A DNA stretch of 64,000 nt from positions 3,488,001 to 3,552,000 of the forward strand of contig OY762463.1 of the NCBI GenBank assembly GCA_963665815.1. The letters run 5' to 3'. Shown piece by piece: positions 58,985 through 64,000 of the stretch. Under the pieces are notes generated by a model. It had not been told where the DNA came from. It ran no database searches and was given only the letters and a program-made list of their open reading frames with translations. Numbering within the stretch: position 1 is the stretch's first letter; every line of letters begins with the position of its first letter. The stretch is from Candidatus Cloacimonadales bacterium. GTDB taxonomy: Bacteria; Cloacimonadota; Cloacimonadia; Cloacimonadales; JAIOQZ01. The translations under genes and the position numbers were made by a program.

Positions 58985-60115
58985 TTACCAGATATACAAG
59001 ATACTTACAGTATGAGTTTGTGTATCATCCAATTCAGAATAATTTTCCATACTGAAATTGTAGTTAAGGTAAGTGGAATTATTCAGAAATTTAAATCTTA
59101 AACCACCATGAAGCTCATTTTCAGTTTCAATGTTTACACCATAAAAGTATCTGTATTCAGTGTGAAGCGTTAGTAATGTTATGGGGTACTCAACTTTAAG
59201 CTTAATGTATCCCTGCTCATCTACAGTATAATACTTAGTACCTGCCTGAATAAGTGCCAGATCATTATCATCTGTATAGAACAGGTTTCGCTGCAGGATT
59301 GTTTCGATAAATGATGTTCCCCAGAGCAGTTCATCATCTTCCTTAATCATGCGAGTCTGGAATCTGTTTACGGAAAGCCAGTCCTGACTGAGCTTAAACA
59401 GATGTCTCACATTAAAATATCCATGGATTCTATTGTTTTCATAGCCATCTGAAACATCGTATATCGCCGAGACAGTGCTCTTGAGAAAATGCTGATGATT
59501 GAAGCTCAAGAAAAGCTCTGCTCCAAGCTCGTTCATAATATAGTTATAATCTGAGTTGTCATTTAAATCATTGAATGACTGAATACGGAAAAAAGGTTTC
59601 AGTTTCTCATGTTTAATGTACTGCATCTTCATGTCGATAAGCTGATCACTTTCTATATGTTCATCATTCTCAAGTGCAAGACGACGCATATCTAAGTTCA
59701 TATCCAAGCTGACAGTTTCTCTGAAATTACTGCTCAAGCTGAATCCGCCATACAATTGATTTTCCTGTTTCATTGCTTCAGGAATACCGCTGATATGGAT
59801 TTCCTTGTTATTATCAAAATAACCTTCTGCACCCACATAAGCGCTGAAAGAAAATATTTTGGAATATCTGGACAAAGCAACTGTGTTTTTCAGATAGTTA
59901 TTATAGTATGATCCATTAAATTCATCATTAGCATTGTATTTCAATAATGTAACATTACTAATATTAATGGATTTATATTTTAATTTTGCATAATTCTCAA
60001 CTCTCATGATAGAATCATCATTGTCAGAGGAGTTATATTCAATTTTCACCTGATTCTGAAACCCTGAAAGAAGGAATGGCATAATGATGATCAGTATTAT
60101 AAGTATTTTTCTCAT
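58985..60115 (-). CDS. Putative outer-membrane beta-barrel protein
   Basis: Signal peptide, alternating amphipathic strands rich in Tyr/Phe/Asn, C-terminal THTVSILYIW (BAM-type terminal aromatic). Confidence 0.7.
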   Translation of the reverse strand: MRKILIILIIIMPFLLSGFQNQVKIEYNSSDNDDSIMRVENYAKLKYKSINISNVTLLKYNANDEFNGSYYNNYLKNTVALSRYSKIFSFSAYVGAEGYFDNNKEIHISGIPEAMKQENQLYGGFSLSSNFRETVSLDMNLDMRRLALENDEHIESDQLIDMKMQYIKHEKLKPFFRIQSFNDLNDNSDYNYIMNELGAELFLSFNHQHFLKSTVSAIYDVSDGYENNRIHGYFNVRHLFKLSQDWLSVNRFQTRMIKEDDELLWGTSFIETILQRNLFYTDDNDLALIQAGTKYYTVDEQGYIKLKVEYPITLLTLHTEYRYFYGVNIETENELHGGLRFKFLNNSTYLNYNFSMENYSELDDTQTHTVSILYIW

Positions 60116-60357
60116 CTTATAGCCTCCTCAGGACATTTTGTCACACAATCACCGCATTGCTTGCATTTCGACTGGATTATTGAAGCTTTCCCGTTTGTAA
60201 TTACAATTGCATCATGGGGACAGGCATCTCTGCACTTTCCACAGGATATACATGCATCCTTGTCTATGGAATATTCAAATGATGTTGCTTTTTTACAACC
60301 TGCAAAAACAGCGAACACGAATGAAAGAGCTAAGAATATATAGAGGGCTTTTCTCAT
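60112..60357 (-). CDS. Lipoprotein 2x[4Fe-4S] ferredoxin
   Basis: MRKALYIFLALSFVFAVFAG-C lipobox; CISCGKCRDACP and CKQCGDCVTKCP; ATGA overlaps on both sides support start 60357. Confidence 0.88.
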   Translation of the reverse strand: MRKALYIFLALSFVFAVFAGCKKATSFEYSIDKDACISCGKCRDACPHDAIVITNGKASIIQSKCKQCGDCVTKCPEEAIR

Positions 60358-60599
60358 TTTATTGCTCCGAATGTACATGTTGTAAGACAGAGTTTACAGT
60401 TGATGCATTTCTCTGTGTCAATCACAGCTTTGCCTTCTGATACTGTTATTGCCTTTACCGGGCATACTGTCTGGCAGTCTCCACATCCGGCACAGTCTGA
60501 CTGTATAACGATCGGTTTTTTATCTTCAGATTTCGCATTACCTGCAAAAACGATGAAAACCAGAGAGAGTAAAAATATTATTATAAATGTTTTCTTCAT
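60354..60599 (-). CDS. Signal-peptide-bearing 2x[4Fe-4S] ferredoxin
   Basis: MKKTFIIIFLLSLVFIVFAGNA; CAGCGDCQTVCP and CINCKLCLTTC. Confidence 0.88.
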   Translation of the reverse strand: MKKTFIIIFLLSLVFIVFAGNAKSEDKKPIVIQSDCAGCGDCQTVCPVKAITVSEGKAVIDTEKCINCKLCLTTCTFGAIK

Positions 60600-60608
60600 A
60601 TTCCCTTC

Positions 60609-62819
60609 CTAATATACGTGAACACCAAGGTGAATAGCATTCCAGCCGCATCTGTTATAGCATGTACCACAAGCATCACATGCTGCCGTATCAATTGTCT
60701 TATAGTTTCCTACATCCGATATTGCATCTTCAGGGCAGAACCTGAGACAGCTGTTACAATCAGCACATTGATTCGGGTTTATGATGTATACAATCTTACC
60801 GGAAACAATATTTGATATTGATCCGTAATTGTTGCTGTCATCTATTGCTTTGATAGCTATGTAATAACGAGTTCCGTTTGAAATTCCATTTACATCGCAG
60901 GTTTGAGTTGTTCCTGCCGCACCTGGTGCCGGAGAACTGGAAAACGGACTTGCATTATCCCAGTTTGCATCTGTTATAGGTGATTGAGAATATCGAATAT
61001 CATAGCTTGCTGCAGTTCCTATATCAGCATCATCTCCGGGGGCAGTCCATGTAACACGTAATCTCCCGTTCAATGCAGCGGATGCCACGATTTGGAGATC
61101 GGTAATGGCTGACGGAGGAGTATCATCGGCTGTTAACTGACCTGATACAATGTTGGATATTCCACTGTAGTTTCCAGCTTCATCAAAAGCTTTAATACCG
61201 AAATAATACAGTGTTCCAACTTCTATGTCAGTTATCTCAAAACTTTCTTGATTACCATTTGCCTGCGGAGTCAAACTGCAGCTGACAGGATCGGCAGAAT
61301 CCCAGTTGGTAGAGTTCAGTTCTGTTGTAGATTTTTTTATCTCATATCCTTCACTTGTTCCAGTGTTACCATCATCACCTGTTGAAGTCCATGTGAGTTC
61401 CATGGAAGCAGGGAGCAGGCTCAGTTGCAAGTCAGTAATATCTGCAGGAGCAAGAGTGTCTGCCACTGTATCCGTAGTGAAAGATACAATATTAGATAAT
61501 CCGGATATGTTATCGGAGTCATCAATTGATTTGATACCTATATAGTATTCAGTATCTGATGTAAGATTTGTAATAAGAAGACTTTCATCAGATCCTGATT
61601 GTGATGGAACATAGTTATGGGGAAACTCTGTCAGGGAATCCCAGTTTTGATCGGTAATATCAGCTTCACTGACTTTTATGATGTATTCCGTAGCTGTCCC
61701 TGTATCACCATTATCTCCCGGAGCAGTCCAGATTATTCTGGCACTGGAAGCTGTAACCAATTCTGTTGCGAGGTCACTGACAGTTGACGGTGGAGTTACA
61801 TCTCCTGTGATAGATGCAACAGCAATATTGGATAGTTCAGATTCATTATCAGACTCATCTACAGCTTTTATGGCAAATTCAAAGCTGATTCCTACTTCAA
61901 GATCATCAATAACGAGGTTTTCAGATATTCCAGCGGTTTGTGGTGAAATAGAATTATTATATTCCTCAGCCAGATCCCAGTCAAAGGGGCTTGTTTGGGA
62001 ATATTTAATAATGTAATGATCCGCTGTTCCTGTCATATCATCATCACCGACAGCAGACCAACTCAGTTCTATTGATTCTTCATTTGATACAGCAGCAAGA
62101 TCGGATATAGCTGCAGGTGCTGTTTCATCAGTGATCAGTCCTGCTATGATGGTAGATCTTTCAACTTCTGTATTTTTATTGCCTGCTTCATCTTCAACTT
62201 GAAGTCTAACGGTTAAAAGGTAATCTGAATTAAGACTGTCAACAACCCATTCGACATGGGTGCCGCCCTGATAATAAGCGTATTCTGCACATGGAATTTC
62301 AACTTCTTCCATATCATCATATTCATCGTCATCAACGTCATCAACGTCATCATCATTGGCCCTTGTATCGGTCATATCATCGAGGTAGGCTGACAGTTTA
62401 TATTTATATGCATAACCTGTCATTCCATCATCTCCCGGAGCAGTAAAAGATATAACTGCTTCGTATGGATTTTCTGAAACAACTTTGAAGTCATTGATAT
62501 CTGCCGGTGCATTAATATCTTTTGCTGTTGTAAAAGCAACTGTACCATCACGACCTTCACAGTCAGCGAAGAGATCAATACATTTCATGCAGCTAATACA
62601 TTTGTCTTTATCAATGTAATATGCTCCGTTTTCATCATCGAGAAGAATGGCATTCTCCGGACATTCAAACATCGTTGTACAATTACCACATTGAGTACAA
62701 TCGGAATATTCAATTCTTGGCTGATTGTTATTTCCGGTGTTTTTATTCACTTTATCAGCACAGAAAAACAGCAGGAATGATACAGCAAGAATTGCTATTA
62801 TCTTAATAGTTTTGATCAT
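60609..62819 (-). CDS. Exported (probable lipoprotein) ferredoxin-(FN3-like)x5-ferredoxin protein
   Basis: Signal peptide ending FFC; N-terminal CTQCGNC/CISCMKC; five repeats with (T/A)P..I.DL...WTAPGDDG..GTA..Y.IK...IKA.D...N.S..SN; C-terminal CADCNSCLRFCP/CDACGTCYNRC. Confidence 0.85.
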   Translation of the reverse strand: MIKTIKIIAILAVSFLLFFCADKVNKNTGNNNQPRIEYSDCTQCGNCTTMFECPENAILLDDENGAYYIDKDKCISCMKCIDLFADCEGRDGTVAFTTAKDINAPADINDFKVVSENPYEAVISFTAPGDDGMTGYAYKYKLSAYLDDMTDTRANDDDVDDVDDDEYDDMEEVEIPCAEYAYYQGGTHVEWVVDSLNSDYLLTVRLQVEDEAGNKNTEVERSTIIAGLITDETAPAAISDLAAVSNEESIELSWSAVGDDDMTGTADHYIIKYSQTSPFDWDLAEEYNNSISPQTAGISENLVIDDLEVGISFEFAIKAVDESDNESELSNIAVASITGDVTPPSTVSDLATELVTASSARIIWTAPGDNGDTGTATEYIIKVSEADITDQNWDSLTEFPHNYVPSQSGSDESLLITNLTSDTEYYIGIKSIDDSDNISGLSNIVSFTTDTVADTLAPADITDLQLSLLPASMELTWTSTGDDGNTGTSEGYEIKKSTTELNSTNWDSADPVSCSLTPQANGNQESFEITDIEVGTLYYFGIKAFDEAGNYSGISNIVSGQLTADDTPPSAITDLQIVASAALNGRLRVTWTAPGDDADIGTAASYDIRYSQSPITDANWDNASPFSSSPAPGAAGTTQTCDVNGISNGTRYYIAIKAIDDSNNYGSISNIVSGKIVYIINPNQCADCNSCLRFCPEDAISDVGNYKTIDTAACDACGTCYNRCGWNAIHLGVHVY

Positions 62820-62831
62820 GAAATAACCTTA

Positions 62832-63542
62832 TTATTTATTTTCTTTTTTCTCAATAACTTTCACAGGACATGCTTTTTCACAAATTCCGCAATCAATGCA
62901 TTTTTCCTGGTCAATTACAGCTTTGCCTTTTTTCATTTCAATGGCACCAACAGGGCATTTTTTTACACAAATTTTACATCCAATACATTCTTTAGCATTT
63001 ACAGAATAGACAATCTTGTCTTTGGGATTTGCAACTTTTGCTTCAGCTTTATCAGCTTCCGGTGCATTCTGGCATGGATGGGTTCCACATGGTGTGTGTT
63101 GTGGTTTATGTGCATCTTTAACTGCTTTGTATTTTTCAGATCGTTTTTTTTGTTTTTCTGTTTCTTCATTGAAAGTTTTTACTTTTGGTTTAATTTTTTT
63201 TGCTTCCAGAAGTTTGTCTGTTGTAAATTCCTTAGATTTATGAGTCGTAACAGTTGCTTTGTCTTCAGTTATTTTTTTGAGGTCAACTGCTTCGGATTTT
63301 GCTTTTGATTTAACAATAGCATTTATGGGGCATTTATTAACACAAATTCCGCATCCAATACATTTATCTTTGTCTATAACAGCTTTCCCGTCTACCATTT
63401 TAATTGCATCAACAGGACAATCTTTTATGCAAAGTTTACATCCTATACAGTCATCTTTCTTCACTTCATATTTGGTTTTTACAGTTGCGAAAACTGCAAA
63501 TGTCAGTACTAACATTAAAGCAATGGTAAGTAGTTTCTTCAT
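62832..63542 (-). CDS. Signal-peptide-bearing protein with two 2x[4Fe-4S] ferredoxin domains and a Lys-rich linker
   Basis: Start ATG 63542 (AGGAG RBS) MKKLLTIALMLVLTFAVFA; four CxxCxxCxxxCP motifs. Confidence 0.88.
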   Translation of the reverse strand: MKKLLTIALMLVLTFAVFATVKTKYEVKKDDCIGCKLCIKDCPVDAIKMVDGKAVIDKDKCIGCGICVNKCPINAIVKSKAKSEAVDLKKITEDKATVTTHKSKEFTTDKLLEAKKIKPKVKTFNEETEKQKKRSEKYKAVKDAHKPQHTPCGTHPCQNAPEADKAEAKVANPKDKIVYSVNAKECIGCKICVKKCPVGAIEMKKGKAVIDQEKCIDCGICEKACPVKVIEKKENK

Positions 63543-63571
63543 TTTTTTTATCTCCTGAAAAAATATATTAT

Positions 63572-63596
63572 TTATGTTTGTCAAAAACAAGCATAA
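63572..63596. promoter_or_regulatory. Inverted repeat (candidate operator) in the divergent promoter region
   Basis: TTATGTTTGT-CAAAA-ACAAGCATAA (9/10 arm match) overlapping a minus-strand TTGACA at 63579-63584. Confidence 0.5.
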
Positions 63597-63640
63597 TATT
63601 AAATAATGGCAAGTAAAAGTTAGAGTAAATGGAGTGCGAA

Positions 63641-64000
63641 ATGAAAAAGCATAAATCACGTTATATCATTCAGTTTTTGTTTCTTGCTGTCTCAATGTTT
63701 ATCAATGTACTAATGATCACTGAGAAGCTTGGAGTAGCTCATGAATTCTGCCCGTTTTCTGCTGTCTGTTTCGGGTTATTTGTTTTACATCCTGCAGTAA
63801 CAGACTGGATTTTCGGAGTTTCAATTACAGTTTCTATTATAATTATTTTATCTGCAATTCCTTTCAGAAGGGTTTTCTGTGGATATGTATGCCCAATAGG
63901 CACAATACAGGAATATGTGTTTGCTTTTTTCAAGTTTAATAAGAAATGTGGAAGAAGGATTCCGGAAAAAATGCATAAAGCATTGTTATGGTTGAAGTAT
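63641..64000 (+). CDS. NapH/YccM-like membrane-bound 4Fe-4S binding protein (5' part; runs off the window)
   Basis: Manual translation MKKHKSRYIIQFLFLAV...HEFCPFSAVC...RRVFCGYVCPIGTIQE...LLWLKY, open to the window end; GGAG RBS. Confidence 0.88.
   Translation, partial: MKKHKSRYIIQFLFLAVSMFINVLMITEKLGVAHEFCPFSAVCFGLFVLHPAVTDWIFGVSITVSIIIILSAIPFRRVFCGYVCPIGTIQEYVFAFFKFNKKCGRRIPEKMHKALLWLKY

Noticed and set aside
60112..60599. HgcB-type mercury methylation ferredoxins or RnfB subunits
   Set aside because: No hgcA or rnf genes in the window, no C-terminal Cys-Cys tail and no RnfB N-terminal FeS domain; signal peptides do not fit.
63739..63933. 64-aa minus-strand ORF
   Set aside because: Antisense to the NapH-like gene.

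Overview
AT-rich chromosomal window from a diderm, probably anaerobic bacterium (lipid A acyltransferase, TonB-dependent receptors, many ferredoxins). The long SecA and general protein style suggest an FCB-superphylum lineage such as Cloacimonadota, but that is unverified inference. Most of it is housekeeping: secA, topA, pdxJ, miaA, asd, pyrE, add, birA, queA, coaBC, the rimP-nusA-infB-rbfA-truB-ribF operon and three tRNAs. Accessory content includes a flagellar fliD-fliS-flgM operon with tandem sigma54 and sigma28 promoters, a TonB receptor/YfiR/hybrid kinase operon ending in two Cys-rich paralogues, an LpoB/COG3014/LPP20 lipoprotein cluster, a RAYT transposase with GGAG-type REP palindromes and a decayed padR locus. 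Two things stand out. (1) 57990-64000: a tightly coupled operon of four ferredoxin-domain proteins (12 CxxCxxC motifs) that all carry Sec or lipoprotein rather than Tat signal peptides, one being a ferredoxin-(FN3)x5-ferredoxin rod. It also encodes an outer-membrane beta-barrel and a DsbD_2/CcdA-like membrane protein, and is flanked by thioredoxin and a divergent NapH-like protein. This is a candidate heme-free 'porin-ferredoxin' trans-envelope electron conduit. (2) 37565-37656: a consensus sigma54 promoter driving an unannotated ~66-nt RNA with an anti-Shine-Dalgarno/anti-AUG seed and an intrinsic terminator. All calls are by eye; no database searches were run.
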